NCBI GenBank assembly: GCA_000091205.1
Contig: AP006484.2
Origin: Cyanidioschyzon merolae
Taxonomy: Eukaryota
DNA: 64,000 bases
Reading direction: 5' to 3' (one strand)
Positions 9,931 to 18,990 of this stretch are shown in pieces. Below the pieces are notes generated by a model that was given only the letters and a program-made list of their open reading frames with translations, ran no database searches and had not been told where the DNA came from. The position numbers were made by a program, and so were the translations under genes. Position 1 is the first letter of the stretch. Every line of letters starts with the position of its first letter.

Positions 9931-11302
9931 GAGTTTTCATCTCAATTTTGTCGCACCCGCGCTGCGGTGCGTACAAAGAGTGATCGAAATGACTATGCAA
10001 GATACCATAGATATCGAGGTCGGATTGTCCGTAAGTTACATTCTTTACTAAACCGTGCATGGATCGCTGCATTCCTCCTTCAGGTACGTATACCATAATA
10101 TTCAGATGGTTGAGAAGCACTGAAAGAAAGAAGTATATGCACTCCGCGTCGAAAAGCGATATTTCCAGCGACTACTTGGTGGCGATGCTAGAAAATAACC
10201 CGTGGATCGAGTTAGGGAAAGCAAAACCTGCGATAATGGCTGCCACAGGCGTCCTTCTTTCCCACAAGCTTGTTCGTGTGATCCTAGAACACTGGGATAC
10301 AGTCTCAAAGAACGAGTCCTAGTTCATGCGCGGCCATCATCCACCGAAATCGGAACTATAGTGTTCCTGGCACGACGCGATCCGTAGAAAGCAGAAGATC
10401 GTCGGTTTGTTTTTTCAGTCGATGAGACTTGCTTCGGACGACACGGTCGGAGCGTATATGGGCGTTCGTGGAGCAGGGCACCCATTGTGTGTATCATCTA
10501 ACTCGAAGAGAACGATCACATCATCATCTGTTCTAGATGCAGTGGATTCATTTGGCGGCCTCAGTTTCGCTCGTGGTGGAGGCTCATGCAACAGCACCCT
10601 CTTCTTTGAATCATTGAAGACTTTTCCCTGATGTCAAGCGTAGTCCTGCTATCGGACAGCGTGACATTTTACCATTCCCTTGCGATCGAGCCTCTGCCGA
10701 TTTTATCCGGATAGGTCTGCTTGCCATTCCTCCGTGCTCTCCGTGACTAAACCCCATCGAAGAAGCGCTTTCTATCGTGAAACGTAACCATCGCTCCATT
10801 GGGTGAAGCGCTGAAGCGTTCAGCACACGGTGACACACCAGGGCACATGTCGTCTCGCTTCCGCAAGTCCTTCTTGATCCGTGAAGATCCTCACTTAAGG
10901 GCATGAAGAAGTGTGTTCGTTTTGAAGAAATACAATACCCGAGAGATGAGCTGGGGTGCACACTTCAGAACGTCGAGATGAAGAAAAGCCAGCGGAGCGC
11001 TTCGCTGGTAGAAAAGCACGGAGTGTTGAGAGAGCAGCAAATGGCGCAGACGGCACGTGTTCGAGGAATCCCGCCACAGTTGTGCTCAACGAGAGGCAAA
11101 AAAAACGCATGAAATTCTTGAACCGAGACTTCAATGCCGCTATCAATTTCAGACGGTGTGCGTTGCTGAAGACGGAACCCGAGGAGCTGAGGAGGTATAA
11201 CTTTGTGCGGCAGCCTCTCCCGGCGGAAGTCTATGAGGTGAAGATGAAAACGATAGCAGTGGGCCGGTTGAAAGAGACTGGGAGTTGTCCGCGAATGGGT
11301 AT
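9931..11302 (+). mobile_element. Repeat family B, copy 1: non-autonomous or decayed TnpB/Fanzor-like (IS200/IS605 OrfB-type) element
   Basis: 9931-11284 is about 99% identical to 23941-25294 (offset 14010). The 3' part encodes a RuvC-III-like motif (LNRDFNAAINF). There is no TIR. A subterminal hairpin CGCACC-n8-GGTGCG sits at 9952-9971. The family-level 3' end, to about 11302, is defined by its alignment with the relics at 5.2 kb and 48.2 kb. Confidence 0.7.
9952..9971. other. Subterminal stem-loop at the left end of repeat B (6-bp stem CGCACC / GGTGCG, 8-nt loop); the same structure is at 23962-23981
   Basis: A direct reading of tcgcacccgcgctgcggtgcgtac; it lies about 20 bp inside the repeat boundary. 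Confidence 0.6.
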
Positions 11303-11399
11303 TAGTTCACCTTGGAAAGAACTGAAACTATCGCTCCACCGATCGTATGCAGCGGCCGCTTTGTGCGTTCCCTCTTTTCAATATATTGAGGCAAAATAA
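10950..11399 (+). pseudogene. TnpB/Fanzor-like nuclease C-terminal fragment (RuvC-III region), frameshifted upstream
   Basis: Translation: ..CSRNPATVVLNERQKKRMKFLNRDFNAAINFRRCALLKTEPEELRRYNFVRQPLPAEVYEVKMKTIAVGRLKETGS. D-R-D-x-N-A-A-x-N-[IF] is the OrfB zinc-ribbon / RuvC-III signature of TnpB, Cas12 and Fanzor proteins. Upstream frames contain only scattered Cys and stop codons, with no WED, REC or RuvC-I/II region. Confidence 0.55.
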
Positions 11400-12703
11400 C
11401 ACTCCGGAGGAGCTTTGATAGTTCGCTTTCGTCTGAAGACTTTCATCAGAGTACAGTGGGCTCACTGTTTGAAGCTCTCGCTGAAGATAGCACTTATCAG
11501 TCATTGATTGCAACCGTTCCCAAGATCGGATATCGACTGTTCGGAGATGATCTTGTTCCCGGTACTATTGGGCATGCTTAAAAATACTTCCGCACACTAG
11601 CGCACTTTACGGAGCAGATTTTCGTCCCGCTGCAGCTGAATCTCTATGGAAGTATCACAATTTTAGAGGAGCCGCAAGAAACCCAGCACCACTCATTACT
11701 ACGAGGGAGCTCTTTCCATTCGAAGCACGCGTTCGACCTGCGTTTGCCTCGCACGCGTAAGCGTGACGGCTGACGCGCTCCTACAGCAGCGACTCTCCAT
11801 ACTCAGGGCTGCTGGGCCTTTGAAGAGCATCAACGGGCGGCCAGAATAGAAGACACATCGCATGTAAGGCGTCCGACATGCGCTGTCCGCATGCTCTATG
11901 TCGTGAAAATACCAATATCGAACCAGGAAACAAGCACTCCGAACATCATGGGCATCGAGCAACGACTACAGCGAAGACCTTTCCACGCATGAGACTAACC
12001 TTTTCAATCCAGCCCGAAAATGGAATTTCATTCAGTAGAAAAACCGTGAAGTACACGCTTGTCTCGGTTATATATGCATGCAAGCATTCATGTGTGCGAG
12101 CACTCGCGCATCTACGAGCAGCCTCTTGGTGATAGAAGCGGCACACCATCCCGCTGTGGCAAGCCGGCAGTTGGATCCACGAGACCTCGAGCTGATGCGC
12201 TTGAAAGCGCACAGTGCAGCCGTTCTACCACCATGAAGCGATCGCGGCTGGAGCGCCGCAAGCATCCACGATGCGCCGGGTACATTCAAGGTAGCTGGAT
12301 CAAGCAAGCGTTTCCCTCAAACGGGAAGGCTAATTCGGTGCTGGTGTATTGTAGGTACTTCTGTGAGGGAGCAGAGGTCTCGTCCCTGGTACTGGCAGGA
12401 TGCGCGTTCATGCGAGAATATGGACACATGTATCCTTGCCACCCTAGTAGACTCGGACGGCCAGAGGCGCGTCGCGCACCGATTCCGGTCTGTGGATCCG
12501 GGAGATGCGCTCGCATGCTGTCGATTGGGTTCTGCAGCCACAGTCGTCCAGAATACGGATCGCTGACTTTTGCGGTGTATCTATTTTTAGGTTCTAAGGA
12601 TTCGGGTGTTTTTTTGCGAGTTGTGGTTCACTTACAGCATAGACACGCCGTAAACGCTTGTCGCGCGCGGCACCTGTCGAACGTCCGAACTTTTTACAAT
12701 CCT

Positions 12704-13798
12704 ATGAAATTCGGCAAGAGGTTGAGGGAGACGGTCGAAAGGGCCCCCGCTGAGTGGAGGGGTCTCTTCATTGACTACAAGGGCCTGAAGAAACTACTGA
12801 AAAATGAAGTAAGCTTTTGCCAGCAGCCAAGCGCTGAAAAGGCGATCACGGTTGTCTCTGAGGCTACGCAACAAGGCGTGAACGCAAATAGTGCCGCGGA
12901 AGCGGAACCTGCGCAGGGGCCCAGCGAGAGTGCCCTCGTACCCGAGTCCAGCGTCCCACCAGGGGAGCACCAGGGCGAGTCGGTGGTGTGTGCTGCGCGA
13001 ACTGGAGAGTTCAGAATCCAGGGGCACGTTGGGGCCTCAAAAAAGCGCGTGCGGGTGTCGTGCTCACCGCCAGTCTCAAGCACTGCTGACTCTGACTCAG
13101 ATACCGATATTTCGGATGCACCACCTCTGGAGTTTTTGGAACAGGTCAATAGAGAGCGCATCCCGCGAAAACAAGATAGCCACGGATTTTTTGACTTGCT
13201 TCATCAAGAGCTGGATAAGGTTAATGATTTCTTCCTTGAGCAGTTGGAGGATTTAATTATCCGGAGCGAGATCTTACAAAGAGATACGGCAAATTTTTTC
13301 GTTTTATGCAAATCTCAGCGAAGTTTCCACTTTAGAGATATTGAAAATCTATCGCGTAGACTTTACAGACTTCATGATGACCTCGTGCTTCTTCAAAACT
13401 ATGCTGCCGTGAACTATTTGGGCTTTCGAAAAGCCCTCAAGAAATATGACAAGAAGAAGAATACTCGGCTGCGGAGAACATATCTTGCTGGTGTTCTTGG
13501 GACGCCTTTTTTCCTGCAGAGCGAGAATTTGCGATCTTTGATCTTGGAGACAGAGCGTCGGTTGAGTTTATTACAGCATCTTGCATCATCGCAGAGTGAC
13601 AATCAGGATACAAGTCCCGCGAAGATGGCGTCGCCTTCTTTCAGAGAATCAGCCACTGAAAAGGATATCCGAGAAACTGCGCACGAGGAACATCCAGAAC
13701 CAGTCAAAGTCAGGCAAGCGGAAAGCCTAGATTCTGAAAAATTATCTGATTCCGGCTCGAGATTGAGTCAGAGAGAAGCTGCTGTTCATCAGGGTTGA
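12704..13798 (+). CDS. Stand-alone SPX-domain protein (phosphate-sensing module)
   Basis: The first ATG at 12704 gives MKFGKRLRETVERAPAEWRGLFIDYKGLKKLLKNEV, which is SPX N-terminal helix 1. An acidic/Ser-rich insert follows. The SPX C-terminal subdomain is FFDLLHQELDKVNDFFLEQLE...YRLHDDLVLLQNYAAVNYLGFRKALKKYDKK. The ORF-track start at 12059 is an alternative-codon artefact. Confidence 0.8.
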   Translation: MKFGKRLRETVERAPAEWRGLFIDYKGLKKLLKNEVSFCQQPSAEKAITVVSEATQQGVNANSAAEAEPAQGPSESALVPESSVPPGEHQGESVVCAARTGEFRIQGHVGASKKRVRVSCSPPVSSTADSDSDTDISDAPPLEFLEQVNRERIPRKQDSHGFFDLLHQELDKVNDFFLEQLEDLIIRSEILQRDTANFFVLCKSQRSFHFRDIENLSRRLYRLHDDLVLLQNYAAVNYLGFRKALKKYDKKKNTRLRRTYLAGVLGTPFFLQSENLRSLILETERRLSLLQHLASSQSDNQDTSPAKMASPSFRESATEKDIRETAHEEHPEPVKVRQAESLDSEKLSDSGSRLSQREAAVHQG

Positions 13799-13930
13799 TA
13801 CAATTATTGTATCGACAGGAGCTGGTCCAAGCATCATAGATTATGCGTCAGCTGATCGCGAACTTGCTCAAACACGTACGTGCTCGGAACTATGATTGCA
13901 TTTCGTTGTGCGTATCCGCTTTCCGCTGCG

Positions 13931-15016
13931 TTACTCCATTGAAGTGATCCCGTCTTGTCGATCTTGAGAGTCTCGTTTGCGCAAATTAGCCATGAGGAAT
14001 CCAACGAGTACGAGAGACGCCCCGAGCAAATACATTGAGCCATATTTTGTGCGTCTTAAGATTGCATCGGCCAGGACCGAGAAAGGAATTGTCAGCGACA
14101 AGGCTAAGGACGCCGCCAGAGCAGAAGCGTAGCAAATGGCAAGCGCCCACAGGTAATTGCTCAGAACGCCACCTACCAGAGCGTTGGTAAGCATTAACCA
14201 TAACGTCCTCCGAGGGGGAAAATCGATGCTTTCTACTCTGCAGAAATGGCAGATAAGAACGATCGGCCATCCGAATGCGAGACATATTCCCCCGAGTGAC
14301 CCTAAAAAACGACTCACTTTCAGCTCATGCTGCAGTGCAAACTGTCTCTTAATAAGAACAGTTTGAAATGCGTAAAGTATGGCGCCCAAGAACGCTAAGG
14401 CATCGCCCAGCGCTGTTCGCGTGCCTGCAGAAGACGCATCGGACGCAGATACCAAGCACAGGCCTCCAACATTCAGCACGACAGCAAGGATGTGGAGCCT
14501 GCCGAAACGCTCAACTTTGAGGAGCGAGCCGAAGATGAGCACGAACACGCACGAGAGCGACGAAATGATGGACGATGACGCAACTGAAGTGTAGGTCAAG
14601 CTAAGGTTGTAAAGACAGTTGGACATAAACCAGAATGGAGCAATTTTCCAGCTGCTTTGGAGCGTTTCTCCAATACAGCTTCGAAGCCGTTCAGCAAGCC
14701 CCTGTTGAAGGGACAGCTGGTTCCCCAGGTTCTGAGAAGCTGTCTCAAAATCACGCGTTCCCGGCTCGACAGATTTTCTGAACACAAAATCTCTCTCCAC
14801 AACCGTCTCCGTTGCGTTTTGAAGCTGCCCAGCTCCAAATTTACAAGGAGGAACCAAAAAAAGCAGAACGAACAGCGACTGCGAGAGGTAGCTGTAAAGA
14901 ACGGGCTTTGAAAATGAGTCTTCCCGAAATACTATTTGGATAAGCTCACTCGACGCCACCCAAAGAACGGCAACGGCAATAAGTAACAGAATCCCATACA
15001 GATGGGTATAAGCCAT
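13931..15016 (-). CDS. Drug/metabolite-transporter superfamily membrane protein (SLC35F / THI74 / EamA-like), about 10 TM
   Basis: A 361-aa ORF with an ATG at 15014-15016. Hydrophobic helices recur throughout (ILLLIAVAVLWVASSELIQIVF.., VLLFLVPPC.., two EamA-like halves). The assignment is by overall topology and motif resemblance only. Confidence 0.6.
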   Translation of the reverse strand: MAYTHLYGILLLIAVAVLWVASSELIQIVFREDSFSKPVLYSYLSQSLFVLLFLVPPCKFGAGQLQNATETVVERDFVFRKSVEPGTRDFETASQNLGNQLSLQQGLAERLRSCIGETLQSSWKIAPFWFMSNCLYNLSLTYTSVASSSIISSLSCVFVLIFGSLLKVERFGRLHILAVVLNVGGLCLVSASDASSAGTRTALGDALAFLGAILYAFQTVLIKRQFALQHELKVSRFLGSLGGICLAFGWPIVLICHFCRVESIDFPPRRTLWLMLTNALVGGVLSNYLWALAICYASALAASLALSLTIPFSVLADAILRRTKYGSMYLLGASLVLVGFLMANLRKRDSQDRQDGITSME

Positions 15017-15847
15017 GATCCAAGATACGAGTGAAGTTTAGCCAAGGTTTTCAGTGCTCTGCGTCATGGTCGAGCTGCGTTAAACAGAAGAAACTTGTTT
15101 TGTCAAATTTAACTAGACACCTAGGTGGACCACGGCGTCTCGCGGGATTCGGATGAGTAGTTCTGTGGCTCGCCTCGACTGTATCAATCCGCTGGTCGAC
15201 GTAGCCTCCATGAACTTGACGAGGATTCTGGCAACGCAGGGATAAAGAGCGGTCTCGTTTCCTCGAAAGACGCTCGTTACGAAAGTAGCATTCATTGGGA
15301 GAAAGCCGCTAAATCAGAGTTGACGTTGAATGCTGCTCGCTCAGGTCTTTTGTGCTCCCTGCTGAGCATTAACTCGCTTTAGAGTTCCGACATTTTCGGT
15401 CAATTTCCGCTATTTCATCCGCTTATTTCTGGCAAACTTTTCCGCTCTGAGCTGCTTTCGATCTGGGTAGCCAGCGTTTATCCCGTGCGAGAATCGCTTC
15501 TCACAGGAAGCCACAGATTGCTGTTCTCGACCAACGGAATGTCCGTATGACAGTAAACCTGTGGGACGCAGAAACCAGCTCGTTCCAGGCTGTGCAAATC
15601 GCTACTTTGTATGGTTTAAGTTTGATGAATCCTCTCTGAATCCTCTATACATGCAAATGCGAAAACCCGGCTTTCAGGAAAGGAACCGTAGATCCTCCGC
15701 AGAAACCTACATATACCACAAGCTCCTGACTCGTATCAGCGCCAGCAATAGAGTTAAGATCGACCAAGCGTGCCTTCTAGAATCGGGCTCGCTGTAAAAG
15801 CTCTAAATGGCACTGGATGCGCTGCGGCATGCGATACTCGAAGAGCA

Positions 15848-17249
15848 CATGCACTGCATGAAATGTTTCCATCCATGGCATTATAGAGCGGAACGAGTTC
15901 CAGCGAGGTAACACGGCCACACACAATCAAGCATGAGCGTCTTCTCGCTGTCATCAACACAGGCTTTTGCCGGGTTCTTTGTGACGAGTTCCTTCGTCCC
16001 TCCCTTATATCCTTCTTTGAATACGTCGGTCTCCCCTTTCCCTCGGCATCTGTTGTCCGCAGACGGAGGAGGTTCATGGCAGCGTTACTGTCCAGGCTCC
16101 GCACGTTCCGACTGTTGGCCGCACATTTCATGCGCACGCAGGCGTTGCAATCTATTTATCGCTTACTGCACTCATTTTCTATGTTTACGGCCTCGGTGCG
16201 CCTCTCGCAGGGATGACACCTGCTTATGGTGAAATTCCCTCACATTTCCGCCACATATTCTATCTAGAGCGCCGCCACGTAGCGCGCGAACGCGTGCTTC
16301 ATCCGTCGGTATGTGCCCTTGACATGCACAGGAGGCTCTCTTCAGTGCCCCCCTCTGTTTGGTCGTCTGGTACGGTACCCCACGATCACGGGCTTGCTGT
16401 GAGCGATTCCAGGGGTGCGTTTTCTGTCCAGCGCACACGCGAGCACACGTTGTTCCATTCGATGAAGGATTCGTCGAATGCAATACTATCTCTGATGAAA
16501 CAAGAGCCGGAAGCAAGGTCGAGACTGAAGAACAATTCGAAACGTTTCGATGCATCTACGCTCCGTTCGTGCAACCAGGTGACGCACGCTTCACCCGGGG
16601 AGATCACAGCAATGACTAAAGGCCGAGTCCGGGACCCGTTTCCGCGCAAACGGAAACTGCGGGAGCCCCTGGGCATCATACCCAGTGAGATGTGTGGTGC
16701 CGTTGTCGAAAGCCGTTTCGTCGATAGCCACAAAGAGAGGAGGATTTTTCTCGCGAACGCGATCGATTATTTGACGTGAACAGCCCAGTGAAGTTGCAAC
16801 ACGAGCTTGTGAAATAGCAGTCGAAGGATGGCGTCTTGGCAAGCACTTTTCCTCGTCAATCCAGGGGCGCGACATGCTGCGCACGCGAGTTGCCCTGAAA
16901 CAGAAAGATCGAAGACTTGAAGAATGCGTGATCTAGGCATGCTACGTGTAAGCAAAAGAGAAGTGCCGCGGCACGTACGCGTCGAAATGTTTTACGATAT
17001 CGGCTATTTTATTAGCCCGCGTTCGAGCGCGTCGCGAACCATTGTGATCATGGTCATGCGAAGTATTCCCGGGGTAAAGACTCGGAGGCATCACATCGGA
17101 AAGACGTCCGCGGATTCTCGACTGCTTGCGAATCCTCACGCGGTTATCGCTGCTTATCGGATGTCGAGCATGTACATCCCAAAAGTTCGGAAAAAATGAA
17201 TGGCAAGAATAGAGTACGCATGTCAGTTTCCTTTCTTAATCCAACACGA
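15848..17249. repeat. Dispersed repeat family A, copy 2
   Basis: Collinear and about 99% identical to 7895-9296. It diverges from copy 1 immediately outside these coordinates. Confidence 0.85.
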
Positions 17250-17718
17250 GTGTAGCGTCTCGATGCCACGAAATTGTATTCTCTCCCGGACACGAAACTA
17301 GGATGCTCAATGTCGTGTTTTCCTGAAAGACCGTTTGAGGTTCCTCTGATCGACTTCATATTATCCTATCGATCCTGACAATCTTGTGCTATAGACGGAG
17401 CGGATTCTGGTTCACGTGTTGCTCCAAAAACAGAGGTTTATATTGTTTTTCTACGACTCCGAATCTTTCTGCGAAATCGGAGAAATGGTGCTTTCTGCAG
17501 CTGGTACTGGTTCAATCTCGCTCTCGCAGAGAAGCAGGGTGCCAAGTTTCGCTTCGGAGAGTGGCTTACGAAATCAATATCGTCTCATTCACGTCTCGAA
17601 CGTTCATGCGGAAAACATTATGATGTCCGTTGAATATTTTCAGCTGAGAAAGAAATCCTGATCTTTCGTTCTGTAAAACAGTGCTCAGCAGTTTCTGTCA
17701 GCATCTCATTCAGAGTGT

Positions 17719-18204
17719 TCACCACTTGGGTTGCTTCGTATCCACCAAGATGGTTACTGGTCCGTCATTTACCACGGAAACGTTCATATAACTTCCAAAC
17801 ACACAACATTTCACGGCTTCGGGATTGGGCATTTTGCTTCTCAAGGTCGTGAATACTCTCTCAAAAAAGGCCTTTGCTTCTCGGGGGGCCATGCTACGGT
17901 GAAACGACAACGACTTGTTGCTTTTGAAAACAGCATGCAACGTAAACTGCGAGATCAGAAGCACTTCACCGCAAGTGTCTTTGACACTTTGCGCCCAGCG
18001 GACGCGCTCCTCTTTCGAGCCCTCACCGCTGCTTCCGTCTGAAAATATCCGAACCTCAGCTATGCGGCGACAAATCAAGTCGACATCCTCGTTGGTGTCA
18101 TCCTGGGCAATACCGACGAAAACACAGAGGCCGCGGCCGATCGACTCCGTCTTTCCACCGCCTGAAACCGAAGCCTGTGCAACTCGCTGAATCACTGCCC
18201 TCAT
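17719..18204 (-). CDS. DTD1: D-aminoacyl-tRNA deacylase (D-Tyr-tRNA(Tyr) deacylase)
   Basis: MRAVIQRVAQASVSGGGKTESIGRGLCVFVGIAQDDT...LLISQFTLHA...SYMNVSVVNDGPVTILVD matches the DTD fold signature (MxAxxQRV.., SQFTL, NDGPVT). ATG at 18202-18204. Confidence 0.85.
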   Translation of the reverse strand: MRAVIQRVAQASVSGGGKTESIGRGLCVFVGIAQDDTNEDVDLICRRIAEVRIFSDGSSGEGSKEERVRWAQSVKDTCGEVLLISQFTLHAVFKSNKSLSFHRSMAPREAKAFFERVFTTLRSKMPNPEAVKCCVFGSYMNVSVVNDGPVTILVDTKQPKW

Positions 18205-18453
18205 ATCCTACTTACGGCAGGTGGCAGAGAACCAACTGGAGCGTCTGTCTAAACACCAAAAGTTACCATTTTGAATACGGTTTGCCTAGCCAGTTTTACG
18301 CGCTTGATCGAGCATGCAATTCCATTCCATGCCAACATGGTAAAGAATTTGGTGCTGTCGTTGTGCAGTTTTTCGAACGCTGCTGTTTTTTTAATGAGAA
18401 AATATATTTGGGAACCGTTCCGGAGAGGTATATAAGCTTGTCGAGCCATCCCT

Positions 18454-18990
18454 ATGTCCCTTAAAGGTGTGGCTTTCTTCCTACTCAAAGGTGTGGCGGA
18501 ACTCTCAAAGAACGCGACGTCCCTTTTGAAACTGGCTTCCGCCGTTTATTTTTTCCAGAAAAATGTTGGCGAGCTCATGCTCTGCGTGGGCCCTTCTATG
18601 TTGCCAACTTTGAGCGCAAACGGGGACGTCGTTATTATGGAACACTTCACTCCGAGGTTCAGAGAACTAAAGAGAAAAGACATCGTAGTTGCTGTCTCGC
18701 CGTTGAATCCAAACATGAGCGTTTGCAAGCGTGTGACCGGTTTGGAGGGCGACAAACTTGTGGTAGGACAAGCTACAGCCGAAGCAGTTTTTCAAATTCA
18801 TCCTGAGATCGTTGAAAGAACGGAATACGGGAGCTTTGTTCGGGTTCCGAGCGGCCATGTATGGCTCGAGGGAGACAACGCGATAAACAGTACAGACTCT
18901 CGCCAGTATGGTCCTGTATCTGTTTCTCTGATCCGCGGTCGGGTTCTCTGCAGAGTGTTGCCATTGAATGCGGCGGGACGTGTTGATTAG
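18454..18990 (+). CDS. Mitochondrial inner-membrane peptidase subunit (signal peptidase S26 family, IMP1/IMP2-like)
   Basis: GPSMLPTL (catalytic Ser box), GDVVIME, KRVTGLEGDKL (Lys box) and GHVWLEGDNAINSTDSRQYGPV (the GDN..S.DSR box) are all present. ATG at 18454. Confidence 0.85.
   Translation: MSLKGVAFFLLKGVAELSKNATSLLKLASAVYFFQKNVGELMLCVGPSMLPTLSANGDVVIMEHFTPRFRELKRKDIVVAVSPLNPNMSVCKRVTGLEGDKLVVGQATAEAVFQIHPEIVERTEYGSFVRVPSGHVWLEGDNAINSTDSRQYGPVSVSLIRGRVLCRVLPLNAAGRVD

Noticed and set aside
12059-12703. 5' extension of the SPX ORF (ORF track starts at 12059)
   Set aside because: The extension starts at a non-ATG codon and is Cys/Arg-rich with no SPX similarity. The canonical SPX N-terminus MKFGKRL begins at the first ATG (12704).
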